DNA of 63,828 nucleotides from a virus (lineage: Duplodnaviria > Caudoviricetes), in the IMG/VR virus record IMGVR_UViG_3300025131_000032, positions 1-63,828 of that record; one strand, written 5' to 3'. Made by a program: the position numbers and the translations under genes. Below are positions 34,899 through 43,882 of the stretch, in pieces. Within the stretch, counting starts at the first letter, position 1. The number at the start of each line of letters is the position of its first letter. Below the pieces are notes generated by a model. That model made no database searches. It was not told where the DNA came from and was given only the letters and a program-made list of their open reading frames with translations.

Positions 34899-35375
34899 TC
34901 AGGGGGTGGTGAGCATTCGCCAGTCGATCAGATGGATCGGAGAGAAGAGGAACTGCTGGGAGACGTTATTGTACCGTGCGTCGGTGCGTGTCTCGGTGTT
35001 CCATTGGGTGTGGTGATGGCCGTATGCGATGGCGAGGTGTGTGGCGTGCTTATTGAGGTAGAAAAAGGCTCTAGGCTTGGGAATTGCGGCATTCCAGGCG
35101 TGTTTTGCGCAGACGATGAACTTATTTTTGAAGGGCCAGTCGTGTTGGTTAGTGAACTCGGCGGAGAGTTGTTTGACTTCGATCCGGTCTCCGTTTGCGT
35201 AGATATCGCCATTATCTGCGTGTTTCGCCCATTGTTTGTGTGTTGGGGCGGTGGTGGAGGGTGGTATTTGTACGCAATATCCGCGGGAGAGGAGCCAGTT
35301 TGCGATGGTGTAGACGGCTTTATGGGAGCTGGAGAGGTGCTTAAGGAAGCGTGAATGGTTGTCTTTTCCGTCCAT
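34899..35375 (-). CDS. putative PD-(D/E)XK endonuclease
   Basis: DNGDI...RIEVKQ. Confidence 0.55.
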   Translation of the reverse strand: MDGKDNHSRFLKHLSSSHKAVYTIANWLLSRGYCVQIPPSTTAPTHKQWAKHADNGDIYANGDRIEVKQLSAEFTNQHDWPFKNKFIVCAKHAWNAAIPKPRAFFYLNKHATHLAIAYGHHHTQWNTETRTDARYNNVSQQFLFSPIHLIDWRMLTTP

Positions 35376-35453
35376 ATCGTGTCCAGAAGTGCTGATTTGG
35401 GGGTATTTTGGCCGGAGGGGGGTTTTCAGATTTCCAGTAATCGAGGGGGCCGA

Positions 35454-35651
35454 TTATCGATCCTGCGCCCTAGGAGTACGACTGGCTGCGAAACCTGCTT
35501 CGACGGCCATTCCGAGTGCTTTTGCGAGGCAGAGTCCGCAGATTTCGAGTTCCAGTTCAAAGTCATCCCCGAGCGTGACGAGCACCTGGACGTGTTCTCC
35601 GCATTCATCACAGATGCGGGTGTCGTCATTGAGCGAGATTTCAACTTCCAT
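35454..35651 (-). CDS. small zinc-finger protein
   Basis: AAGGAG RBS; CDECG...ICGLCL. Confidence 0.6.
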   Translation of the reverse strand: MEVEISLNDDTRICDECGEHVQVLVTLGDDFELELEICGLCLAKALGMAVEAGFAASRTPRAQDR

Positions 35652-35663
35652 GGGGTGTCTCCT

Positions 35664-36767
35664 TCAGGCGTTAGTAGGTTTCAGCACCGCATCCTCGATC
35701 GAGAGCTTGTGCAGGTAGCAGTCTCTCATCCAGAACCCGGCACGGTCGCCGGGCAGCCCCAGGGGGACGGTAGCGGACATGTGCAGTTTTTCGCCGTTGA
35801 CGAACAGGTGGACCACGCCTTGGTAGTGGGTGAGCGTTAGAGGGAACCGAACGAGCCCGTGATAGATGGCGGCTACGTCAAATGCGTAGTCTGTTTCAGG
35901 TGTTGCCAGGTCGTTAGTGTGTACGCCTGACTTCCAGTGTGCAATTCGGAATGACTTCCCATTCATGAAGTTAAACCCAGACTGGATCCATTCTTCGTGT
36001 GTGGCCTCGGTGACGAACGAGAAGAAGGATTGGGGATTGTCCCTGGGTAGGCTGATTTCGGCCTGGAGCGTGAAGTCAGATTGTGTCGGTACGCAAGCCA
36101 GGGCGCCGGTGTAGCCTGACTGGTGTGCGCCGTCGCTTGTGATGGCAATTGGTTTCGGCCACACCTCCCATCGCTTCTCGAGCCAATCGCCGGGGTTGCC
36201 AATGTGGAGTCTTCCGGGTCTGCTGTGCGTCCAGTCGGCGTAGTGGTGGAGGTGGCCAAGTGCCGCCATTGCCTCGATTGCCACACTCCGTTGCCCTGCC
36301 GGCGTGAGATGCAGGCCGTCAGGCTGGCCGTAGAAGGTGCTCAGGCTGTGGTCTGGATTCCTCAGATCGTCGTAAGTCACATTGAGGAATTCGTGATGTG
36401 CAGCCAGGAGTGCGTTTGTCGCTAGGATATCGCTGGCGTAGGTAATGCACGGGAACACGGGCAGGATGACGAAGTCGATACCAACCGGGAGCGAGGCGAT
36501 TGCCCTGGACATCCTCGCGTCTACTTCCGCGGGGGTCTTCCCGAGTGCGAGATCATTAACCCCGCCTCCGATAACAGCTTGATCTCCAGCTGCGAATGTG
36601 GCGGCCTGGATCTGTGCCTGGATCGCCGGCAGTTTAGCGCCGTTCTCGGCGTGATTCTGTGTGGCGTGTGTTTCGACCGAGTCTGGGTGGCTGGACTGGA
36701 GATACCAGCTGGCTGGGGTTGAGTTTTTGCCGAAGACGTTGGAGTCTCCGAAGAAGTGGATTGTCAT
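35664..36767 (-). CDS. SGNH/GDSL hydrolase with C-terminal concanavalin-like beta domain
   Basis: FFGDSN, NG, GGVND, DGLHL...G; beta-rich C-terminal half (DFTLQAEI, LFVNG, G..GF). Confidence 0.8.
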   Translation of the reverse strand: MTIHFFGDSNVFGKNSTPASWYLQSSHPDSVETHATQNHAENGAKLPAIQAQIQAATFAAGDQAVIGGGVNDLALGKTPAEVDARMSRAIASLPVGIDFVILPVFPCITYASDILATNALLAAHHEFLNVTYDDLRNPDHSLSTFYGQPDGLHLTPAGQRSVAIEAMAALGHLHHYADWTHSRPGRLHIGNPGDWLEKRWEVWPKPIAITSDGAHQSGYTGALACVPTQSDFTLQAEISLPRDNPQSFFSFVTEATHEEWIQSGFNFMNGKSFRIAHWKSGVHTNDLATPETDYAFDVAAIYHGLVRFPLTLTHYQGVVHLFVNGEKLHMSATVPLGLPGDRAGFWMRDCYLHKLSIEDAVLKPTNA

Positions 36768-36994
36768 TCTGGGAACTCCTCTAGTTCAGTGACTACGACT
36801 ACGTTGTAGGGGTGCGAGAAGATGACGACAACAACCTGGCCGCCGCTGAGTTTGGCGACACGGGCCTTCTCGCCAGCCCCAACCGGGAGCGCCTTTCTGA
36901 TCGCTTCCTTTTCGTCGTACACCTCCTCCGCGAGTTTCCCTCCCTCGACATCCAGAGCTCGCATTCGCTCTATTGCGGTGGTTTGCGGTTTCAT
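36764..36994 (-). CDS. hypothetical protein
   Basis: coupled start and stop. Confidence 0.5.
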   Translation of the reverse strand: MKPQTTAIERMRALDVEGGKLAEEVYDEKEAIRKALPVGAGEKARVAKLSGGQVVVVIFSHPYNVVVVTELEEFPE

Positions 36995-37410
36995 CCGATC
37001 AGCTCCTGGTCGATGCACCAGAGCGGGAAGTCGGCATCGAGGGGTCTGAGGATTGCGACTTGCTTTCCCTCCCGCCTAATTTCAACTGGTGCGGTTATTT
37101 CGAGGTCGTCACAGTCGATGCCACTGAGTGCATCTAGTAGTGGGATGATTTGCTTGAGTTCGCAGGCTGTTAGTGCCTTTGTGTTGTCCATGGTAGTTGC
37201 CTTTGGTTGGGGGTTGTGTAGGGGGCAGGAGCATTCGTGCGGTTTGGGCTTAGGTCGGTAGCGGCCAACCCAGTTTGGCGTCGAGGTGTTTTGCCATCCG
37301 TCAGCGGCAAGCCTTTGAACTTCCTCAAATCTCCAGTGGGCCTCAATCGCCGCGATAGTCTGTTCACATTCCTGCTTCAGTTTCTGCGCAGGTGTTTCCG
37401 CCATACCCAT
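36991..37410 (-). CDS. hypothetical protein (YRPKP-type N-domain; possible fusion)
   Basis: KLKQECEQTIAAIEA...W...PNW...YRPKP; internal ATG near 37192. Confidence 0.55.
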   Translation of the reverse strand: MGMAETPAQKLKQECEQTIAAIEAHWRFEEVQRLAADGWQNTSTPNWVGRYRPKPKPHECSCPLHNPQPKATTMDNTKALTACELKQIIPLLDALSGIDCDDLEITAPVEIRREGKQVAILRPLDADFPLWCIDQELIG

Positions 37411-37528
37411 GTCAGTCTCCCTAGAATCCAGTGGTTGCGTGATGTTCCCGAAGCAGATTTCGGGAAGCCTAAAAAGCGGCCCCTAGTCTCCCAGGGGCCG
37501 CCGCGAAGTCCTCGTCGCACGAGGTTTC

Positions 37529-37867
37529 CTATGTGTCACTTGCTCCATGTCTCAACTGAAAATCGGATATCCACCAGCCATGTGACGCTACCTCAACTCG
37601 CGATGCCGGCTCATCCTGTGTCCAATAATCGGCAATCTGATGCTCGACACAGACTATACCGTGTCGCTGCTTATTGAGGCTGATGTCGAAGGCTGTGTTG
37701 TACACCCATGCCCAGCCATTGCCGTCCGTGAAGCTCTCGCCGTTCTTCATCGGCCACTGCCCGGCTGCAAGGTTGCGAGACTGGAAGCTACCCTGAACGG
37801 CATCCTCCTCCAGTAGCCCCACTAGCGGACTCGCCAGCACTGCCGCGATCATCTGTCTCCTATCCAT
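37529..37867 (-). CDS. hypothetical protein with twin-arginine-like N-terminus
   Basis: MDRRQMIAAVLASPLVGLL. Confidence 0.55.
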   Translation of the reverse strand: MDRRQMIAAVLASPLVGLLEEDAVQGSFQSRNLAAGQWPMKNGESFTDGNGWAWVYNTAFDISLNKQRHGIVCVEHQIADYWTQDEPASRVEVASHGWWISDFQLRHGASDT

Positions 37868-38321
37868 CACTCACCTCATATCTGAATTCGTAAGCGGCGC
37901 TGCCGTCCTCGTACTCCCGAGGATGGACCTTGACTGCCTCGAACCCCTTCTCCTTCAGGAACAGCTGGCCATCGAGGTTCCGCTCGTTGAGTAGACTGAC
38001 CAGTGTCTTCCGCCGCTTCTCGTCCAGCTTCGATTTTAGCTTGTCGATGATGGCTGTGGCTACCCCTGTTCTCCGGTGGATTGGGTGGACGCCGAGCGAG
38101 ATGATGGTCATGTTCTTGCTGTGGAGTTCGTAGATGACGAACCCTGCGACCTTATCCCCTCGCTCAGCAACCAGGGCGATGCAAGCTCGCTTCCGCAGTT
38201 GCTCGTGGAATTCACTTAGCGTCCAGGCGACGGGGTAGGACATCTTGTCGATGGGCATGACTTCGTCGAGGTCGCGGCGGATGAGCCAGCGGATATGCGT
38301 GTCGGTGATAGTGTCAGTCAT
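37860..38321 (-). CDS. RimI-like GNAT acetyltransferase
   Basis: HIRWLIRRD, CIALVAE, GFVIYEL, RRTGVA, NLDGQLFL..GF.A; close to planctomycete RimI (recalled). Confidence 0.85.
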   Translation of the reverse strand: MTDTITDTHIRWLIRRDLDEVMPIDKMSYPVAWTLSEFHEQLRKRACIALVAERGDKVAGFVIYELHSKNMTIISLGVHPIHRRTGVATAIIDKLKSKLDEKRRKTLVSLLNERNLDGQLFLKEKGFEAVKVHPREYEDGSAAYEFRYEVSDG

Positions 38322-38640
38322 CGTATTCTCCTATGCAGTCGTTATGCAGCACCCAGTCGTCTCCAGGCATTTGCTCCAGCCCCAGTAGTCGTCTCATCAG
38401 TTTCTGCGGATCGCGAGTTGTGTAGTTCGCCACCATCTGGCCGTCCCCGAACACGACAATCTCATCGGCATCGCCAGCCTCCAGTTCATCCCCCAGGAAC
38501 GCGGTGAGGCAATAGAGCGAGTCCTCGTGGCCGGCGTTGAGCATGGCAAACTCGACGGCCTGAACATTGTGCCCGCGGATGTTTGTGCCCACGGTGTTCT
38601 TAGCGAAGGCGGAAACGGCGGAATGGAAGTGTAGTTTCAT
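38314..38640 (-). CDS. hypothetical protein
   Basis: coupled within the operon. Confidence 0.55.
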   Translation of the reverse strand: MKLHFHSAVSAFAKNTVGTNIRGHNVQAVEFAMLNAGHEDSLYCLTAFLGDELEAGDADEIVVFGDGQMVANYTTRDPQKLMRRLLGLEQMPGDDWVLHNDCIGEYDD

Positions 38641-38804
38641 TTGATGGTTCCTGGGTAGACGATGCGACCGGCCTTCTCAAGCGTTGCGAGTTGTTTCAAG
38701 TTCTCTGCGCGGGTCTGCTCATCGAACGCCGCCTGGACGAGCCGCATTTCCAGCAGGAACTCGTCGAAGTCGAACGGCTCGGGGATGGGGGTGTCTGGGT
38801 TCAT
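38637..38804 (-). CDS. hypothetical protein
   Basis: GGGGA RBS; ATGA coupling. Confidence 0.45.
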   Translation of the reverse strand: MNPDTPIPEPFDFDEFLLEMRLVQAAFDEQTRAENLKQLATLEKAGRIVYPGTIK

Positions 38805-38805
38805 G

Positions 38806-39162
38806 TCATCCCCTGCAACTAGCGCAAATGGTCTTGTGTCCAGCCTCATGGGCGAGGTCGCCGCATAATTCGCAGACCTTGAATGAGGTGTTCTCGGCGG
38901 CCGTGATTATAGTGTCGATCTCATCGGTTGAGCCAGAGACATAGAACCGGAGCCCGCCAAGCTTCTCCTTAACCGCCGCAGCCCTGAATTTCTCTGGTGG
39001 GTCAGTGGCCATAATCTTCTCGCACGTCTGGCCGAGTAGTTCGTACCAGCCATCGTCGCACTCGAACCCGAACGCCATGCATGACTCTGCTGGCGGGGCA
39101 TTGTAGTCGCGGAAGATCTGCGGGAAGCGTTCGACTAGGGCTACTTCCAGGTCGATGTTCAT
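38806..39162 (-). CDS. conserved phage protein
   Basis: FGFECDDGW..L, VKEKLGGLRFY, CELCG...CASC. Confidence 0.7.
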   Translation of the reverse strand: MNIDLEVALVERFPQIFRDYNAPPAESCMAFGFECDDGWYELLGQTCEKIMATDPPEKFRAAAVKEKLGGLRFYVSGSTDEIDTIITAAENTSFKVCELCGDLAHEAGHKTICASCRG

Positions 39163-39602
39163 TTCGGCACCTCTTGAAGGTCTGGGGCAGGTAGCTTGAA
39201 ATACGGATTCCACTCGCTCATGTCGCGAGCACCAACCGCATTCCAGGGGTCGTCGATCTCTCTGGCGAGTTCGGCCAGGAGCTCTCGGCGGTTGATGTCC
39301 ATGACGGCAACCTCGCGATCGCTTAAGGTCTCTCCGCAGCCAGCTTCTTCAATCTGACCACGGGCAGTAGCGATCTGCCCGTCGCCCATCGTGATAACGC
39401 ATTCGACTTGCCAGATGGCGTCGTCCACTTGCCAAGCGTTGCACTCGACATCGGTATACGACCTAAGTTCCCACACCTTGAGCTTACTTCCGATCTCCCG
39501 CACCTCGGCGGGGTGGATGTCCTCCAAATACCAAGACCGCCCCCAGGTGTCCCGCACGCGGGTGTCTTGTTTGCCATCGCCTCGCACGATGTTCAATATC
39601 AT
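39159..39602 (-). CDS. hypothetical protein
   Basis: GGAGG RBS; coupled. Confidence 0.6.
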   Translation of the reverse strand: MILNIVRGDGKQDTRVRDTWGRSWYLEDIHPAEVREIGSKLKVWELRSYTDVECNAWQVDDAIWQVECVITMGDGQIATARGQIEEAGCGETLSDREVAVMDINRRELLAELAREIDDPWNAVGARDMSEWNPYFKLPAPDLQEVPK

Positions 39603-39880
39603 TTCAATTCCTCCACTATTTCGACTGGCACGCCGCGTTGCTCGAACGAGTTAACGACATTGTGATAGAACCGCTTCCTGAATGGGAGTTCAGCCTTGAC
39701 TGGGAGCGTGGTTGTGAGGGCGCCGATAAGCACGTCTGGGGCCATGTCATCCACTCTGAATGCCTGGAGCCAAGTGTTGAGATCATCGAATGAACCTGCA
39801 ATCACGAACGACTCGATCAGCTTCACGATGACATCCAGTTTCTCGTTCACGTCCGCGTCATACTCATTCAATCCGCTCAT
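39599..39880 (-). CDS. hypothetical protein
   Basis: AAGGAG RBS; coupled. Confidence 0.6.
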   Translation of the reverse strand: MSGLNEYDADVNEKLDVIVKLIESFVIAGSFDDLNTWLQAFRVDDMAPDVLIGALTTTLPVKAELPFRKRFYHNVVNSFEQRGVPVEIVEELK

Positions 39881-40527
39881 AGTTGCTCCTTTGCCACTGG
39901 TTTCAGTAGTGCTAATTGCGGTGCCCATCCACCCGCCAGTCGTGACCGGAGCGTGTTTTTCCCTGTCCCGCAAATCCCCGTGTCAATCCACTCGGAGACG
40001 GTGAGTGAAGTGCCGAACATCGAAAGCGTCCGGTTTGTACGGCGATTATTCGCCTGCTCCTTTCTCGTAGCCCATCTGCAGTTTCCCGGTTCATAGCTGC
40101 CGTCATTGTTAATGCGGTCGATCGAATGAGCTGGCGTTGGCCTTGGCCCCATGTCGTCGAGAAACGCCTCAAATTTAGCCCAGCGGTCGCAGACAGTGAT
40201 TCCGCGACCGCCGTAGTGGTGGTATGCGTGATTATTGGCGTTAGAGCAACGACTCTTCATCATGAGCCACACTGAAAATTCCGGCGTCCCTGTCTTGCCG
40301 TGGCTTAAATTCACTGTCTGGTATCTCAGAGAAGAAACCTCTGAATTCAGGCAGCCACACGACTTTACCCTGCCTGACCGCAGGTTTCCGCCCGTTATCT
40401 TCTTCTGAGTGCCGCAATCACATTTACATAGCCAATACCCGCGAGAGGCGGCTGTTCCGCTGGTAAACTTGACGGCAACGAGCTTGCCAAATCTCTTGCC
40501 GGTAACATCCTTCAGTCTGTTATGCAT
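39877..40527 (-). CDS. HNH homing-endonuclease-like protein
   Basis: GKRFGKL, WLCKCDCG, SCGC, YGGRGITVC, SIDRINNDG.YEP.NCRWAT. Confidence 0.88.
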   Translation of the reverse strand: MHNRLKDVTGKRFGKLVAVKFTSGTAASRGYWLCKCDCGTQKKITGGNLRSGRVKSCGCLNSEVSSLRYQTVNLSHGKTGTPEFSVWLMMKSRCSNANNHAYHHYGGRGITVCDRWAKFEAFLDDMGPRPTPAHSIDRINNDGSYEPGNCRWATRKEQANNRRTNRTLSMFGTSLTVSEWIDTGICGTGKNTLRSRLAGGWAPQLALLKPVAKEQL

Positions 40528-40762
40528 ACTTATTGACCTCGATTACACCCTGGTAAAGGTATCTGTCCGTGACTTCAGTTCTGCCCTTCCATTCATCGCC
40601 CTCCACATCCAGCCCCTCCTCTCCAGCCCACGCATACTCGTAGGTCACATACGCAGCCTCGCCAGCCATCCCGAAAGTCACAACCGCCGGCATGCAATCG
40701 GCGTCTGGGAACTCGATCTTCAGTCCATCCCAGGGGCCTTGCTCGAGTACGGCGACAATCAT
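40520..40762 (-). CDS. hypothetical protein
   Basis: GPWDG motif; RBS. Confidence 0.55.
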   Translation of the reverse strand: MIVAVLEQGPWDGLKIEFPDADCMPAVVTFGMAGEAAYVTYEYAWAGEEGLDVEGDEWKGRTEVTDRYLYQGVIEVNKYA

Positions 40763-40771
40763 GGCTGAGTC

Positions 40772-41317
40772 CTATCTAGGTTCACCAGTCAGCCCCCGCC
40801 GCTCACTGATCTTGAACTTCTCTCTGTCCATCACCTCTGGGTCCACCCCGATCGTCCATGTCTCCATGAAGGCGTCCGCTGTGATCCTCCGTAGGATACC
40901 GTCCTTATGGAACACGAGCTGCCATTTACCCCTCGCGCGATCAGGTAGCTTGCCGCGGAAGGGCGGGTTGTAGGCAGGTGGTTTTGGCGGGTGCCAGTTG
41001 AATAAGATTTGCTTGAGTGGCCGGATGCCCTTCCACTTCCGCACAAACTCCTGCTTCCTCTTCTCGATCCACGCCTCCTTGAACTTAGCCTCCGCCGCTC
41101 GCCACTCGACCTGCTCCTCCTCGTCCAGGTCAGGGAGCTGCTTCCGTTTGGGCAGCACGATGAACCATGCCTGCACATGGCCATCGTGCCAGAAGATGTA
41201 TTGGTCAAGGACGATGATTGCTCGCTCTGTCTCGTGCAGGTGATTCAACTCTATCCGGTCAAAGTGATCCTCAGCGATCAGGTCGTGAGGGATTATCGCG
41301 AATAGGAGGAGGAGCAT
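40772..41317 (-). CDS. planctomycete-type hypothetical protein with hydrophobic N-terminus
   Basis: D.IELNH....DQ.IFW...ETWT..DPE..DR...RRGL resembles a planctomycete family (recalled). Confidence 0.55.
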   Translation of the reverse strand: MLLLLFAIIPHDLIAEDHFDRIELNHLHETERAIIVLDQYIFWHDGHVQAWFIVLPKRKQLPDLDEEEQVEWRAAEAKFKEAWIEKRKQEFVRKWKGIRPLKQILFNWHPPKPPAYNPPFRGKLPDRARGKWQLVFHKDGILRRITADAFMETWTIGVDPEVMDREKFKISERRGLTGEPR

Positions 41318-41329
41318 CGTGCTGTCCCG

Positions 41330-41512
41330 TTATGTTGGATCGTCCCCGAGGAGGATAAGGCAGATAGCGGTGCAGATGGGGCATTCTTCCGAATCTTCAA
41401 CCAGCTTCTTCACAATCCGCAGTCGCTCGCGCAGCATGGTCGCCTCAGCGATAGCATCGAGCGCCTCCTGTTCCATTCGTGTTGCCTCAGATTCAACGGG
41501 TGTGCCGGTCAT
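41330..41512 (-). CDS. hypothetical protein
   Basis: AGAGGA RBS; coupled. Confidence 0.5.
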   Translation of the reverse strand: MTGTPVESEATRMEQEALDAIAEATMLRERLRIVKKLVEDSEECPICTAICLILLGDDPT

Positions 41513-41859
41513 TGCTTTTTTCCTCTCTTCTTTCGGGTGGCTTTCTTCTTAGGTGGCCGGCGGTTGGGGCCCGGCACATCAGCCTTCTCAGTAGGTTGCG
41601 ACTGGCACCCACCTTCAAGCACTGCCGTATTCCTCGTGCTGTTGGTGACGGTGTAGGCGATCGGATCTGGCGGCCCCAGATCAACCTTGATCCGTTCATT
41701 CATATTGAGCAGGCACGCGCACTCCTTCGCGTGGATCTCCTCCTCCGCGTTGTGGGCCGCGACAATCTTGTCAGCAAACCCCTTATCGGGGCAGTCGAGA
41801 ATGTGAGTGCCCTTGTCATTGAAGATTCGCCGTTCTTTCTTTGTTAGCCACATGGCCAT
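41509..41859 (-). CDS. hypothetical protein with basic tail
   Basis: AAGGA RBS; C-terminal KKKATRKKRGKK. Confidence 0.55.
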   Translation of the reverse strand: MAMWLTKKERRIFNDKGTHILDCPDKGFADKIVAAHNAEEEIHAKECACLLNMNERIKVDLGPPDPIAYTVTNSTRNTAVLEGGCQSQPTEKADVPGPNRRPPKKKATRKKRGKKQ

Positions 41860-41869
41860 GGTCTAGTCC

Positions 41870-42301
41870 TTAAAATGGGTTCGAGTCGAATTGGGGTTGC
41901 TGGTTGCCTTGGTTGTTTCCCTGGGCGACGGGCTGGGAATACTGGGAGTTCCCCCTACCACCGTTGCCTCCGCCCTTCTTGTCGAGCATCTGCATCCGCT
42001 CTCCGATGACACAGAGCTTCTGGTGCTTCTGCCCATCCTTCTCCCACTTGTCGAGCTTGAGCCGACCTTCGACGAGGCAGCTGGATCCCTTCTGCAAATA
42101 CTCTCCAGCCACTTCTGCTGTGCGGCCCCAGAGCGTCACGTCAACGAACGTGGTCTCCTCAACCCACTGCCCATTGCTGTCCTTCTTCCGGTCGTTGACG
42201 GCCAAGCCCAGGTTGGTGACCGCAGTCCCGCCTTGGGTGTACTTCAGCTCTATGTCTCGGGTGACGTTGCCGACAAGAATAACTCGATTGAAACTAGCCA
42301 T
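41870..42301 (-). CDS. ssb: single-stranded DNA-binding protein
   Basis: [43 protein letters not shown]-terminal PF. Confidence 0.95.
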   Translation of the reverse strand: MASFNRVILVGNVTRDIELKYTQGGTAVTNLGLAVNDRKKDSNGQWVEETTFVDVTLWGRTAEVAGEYLQKGSSCLVEGRLKLDKWEKDGQKHQKLCVIGERMQMLDKKGGGNGGRGNSQYSQPVAQGNNQGNQQPQFDSNPF

Positions 42302-42310
42302 CGGAACTCC

Positions 42311-43402
42311 TTACTTGATTGGACGCTTATTGGCGATCGTGTTGTTTGTAATAAAGGCGGAAGTGTAACGAATTGTTAGCTCACGCCCCTGACATGTCAT
42401 TTTCCCCTTTACAGGCTCCTCAGTCTTGTAGTGGTGCTTCATTAGGTTCCTGTACAGTGCCTCACATCGCTTGGGGGTAAAGTACCTGCCGCGACCCGTG
42501 TGGTGTTCGCGGCGGATCGGCGCCCTGTTCTCGCGCCGAGCGTGAAGTACCTCGAAAGCGTCAGAGATCCCAGGCCAGCCCATTCCGTGCCGGCGGTAGA
42601 AACCAGCCAGTCGCATCCACGGAGCGAGGTAGTGATCGAGCCTTAGTCGTCTCTTCCGGCTGGCTTGGTCGCGAACAGCCTTGAAACCCAGCGGCGGTTT
42701 GCCTACCCACCATCCACCCGCCCTGGCGGTTTCCCTGGCAGCGGTAGTTCGCTCGGCAATGCACTTACTCTCCCACTGGGCGACGACCATCATGATACTC
42801 AGCACCATCTCACCAACCGGCGAGGCGCCATCGATATTCAGGTTAGCGAAGTGCATCTTGATGCCGCGGCTATCCCAGAGGGCCTTGGTGGTCGTGAAGT
42901 CGTTGAGGTCGCGGAATGCTCTGTCGTGGACAGCGAAGACAACATGGTCGCCCTCTTTGAGCATCGAGTTGAGCACTCGGCCTCGGGGGCGGTTAATGAA
43001 CGGCACCTTCGCAGCGGAGACGCCTTCCTCAACGAATCGCTCACCATCTTTGACGTTGTGGTCCACGCTGATCTTCTGCGCGAACGGGGTGATGGCGGCC
43101 TGCTGAGCGTCGAGCCCTAGTCCAGATTCAACCTGCTTGTTGGTTGAAACCCGCATGTACTGGAAGATCCTGGGGCCGCGTTCCAGGTCTGGGGGCGGCA
43201 GGGCCTCTAGCGTTTTGCGGCGATTACAGCGGGGCGGGTCTGATGTCCGGTGTAGCTGGCCGAACGGGGTTTCCGTTGTAGATTTCCAGCCAACTGTGCA
43301 AGTGCGGCATAGAGGAGAATCTTCTGAGGCGAAGTATTCTTCAGTTGGTGGATAGAAGCGGTTGCACTTTCCTTGGCACTTCCGTAGATTTGCAGTAGCC
43401 AT
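42311..43402 (-). CDS. serine recombinase with N-terminal Cys4 motif
   Basis: YMRVST (catalytic Ser), GLDAQ, GVSA, RP, GD.VV...DRAFR, E...IAERT, PPLGF. Confidence 0.9.
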   Translation of the reverse strand: MATANLRKCQGKCNRFYPPTEEYFASEDSPLCRTCTVGWKSTTETPFGQLHRTSDPPRCNRRKTLEALPPPDLERGPRIFQYMRVSTNKQVESGLGLDAQQAAITPFAQKISVDHNVKDGERFVEEGVSAAKVPFINRPRGRVLNSMLKEGDHVVFAVHDRAFRDLNDFTTTKALWDSRGIKMHFANLNIDGASPVGEMVLSIMMVVAQWESKCIAERTTAARETARAGGWWVGKPPLGFKAVRDQASRKRRLRLDHYLAPWMRLAGFYRRHGMGWPGISDAFEVLHARRENRAPIRREHHTGRGRYFTPKRCEALYRNLMKHHYKTEEPVKGKMTCQGRELTIRYTSAFITNNTIANKRPIK

Positions 43403-43424
43403 TAGTACCCTTCCTAGCTCAAGG

Positions 43425-43473
43425 GGAACGCGGTCAGCCCGCGGGGGAATGGCGATTCCCCCTGTGGGCGTTC
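43425..43473 (-). promoter_or_regulatory. GC-rich hairpin in the recombinase leader
   Basis: GCCCGCGGGGGAAT-ggcg-ATTCCCCCTGTGGGC, with outer GAACGC/GCGTTC complementarity. Confidence 0.45.
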
Positions 43474-43575
43474 TTACTTCTTGGTCGATTTCTGACCGAT
43501 CTTGTCTCCGCCCTTGACGTTCTGGACGGCTTTGCCAGATGTGGGGCCTGACTTGCCCTTTTTCACTCCGCTCAT
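43474..43575 (-). CDS. 33-aa Lys/Gly-rich peptide
   Basis: MSGVKKGKSGPTSGKAVQNVKGGDKIGQKSTKK fills the gap. Confidence 0.4.
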   Translation of the reverse strand: MSGVKKGKSGPTSGKAVQNVKGGDKIGQKSTKK

Positions 43576-43663
43576 GACTCTGCTCTCTCTAGGGGTCAAA
43601 CTGATACCGAAAACTCGTAGCAAGTATTCATATCAGTGCCGAAAGTAATTTGCAAGCCCTTTT

Positions 43664-43882
43664 TTAGCAGCCCTCTAGATTGAGCGCCTCCTCGAACCGC
43701 CGGATCGCGGCGAGGCTTGTGGCTTTCCCAGTAGGTAGCCGGCACGTCTCCAGCTTCACCACTGGCCCCTTCTTATTGATCCCTGAGCGAAGTCCTGTGG
43801 CCGACCACTTGGACAGCGTGTCGTATTTGAGCGTTCCATGCTCACTAAGGAGGAACGGCGACTCGTTCAACAGCTTAGACAT
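43664..43882 (-). CDS. DUF1580-like winged-HTH protein (excisionase/regulator-like)
   Basis: TL.KW...GLR...VKLET.R......TS.AAI.RF; GGGGAG RBS. Confidence 0.75.
   Translation of the reverse strand: MSKLLNESPFLLSEHGTLKYDTLSKWSATGLRSGINKKGPVVKLETCRLPTGKATSLAAIRRFEEALNLEGC

Noticed and set aside
39877-40527. intron-encoded endonuclease
   Set aside because: It is translationally coupled to both neighbours with no interrupted host gene, so it is a free-standing HNH.
42311-43402. invertase-driven tail-fibre switching
   Set aside because: The recombinase is far from the fibre genes, and I saw no inverted repeats bracketing alternative gene ends.
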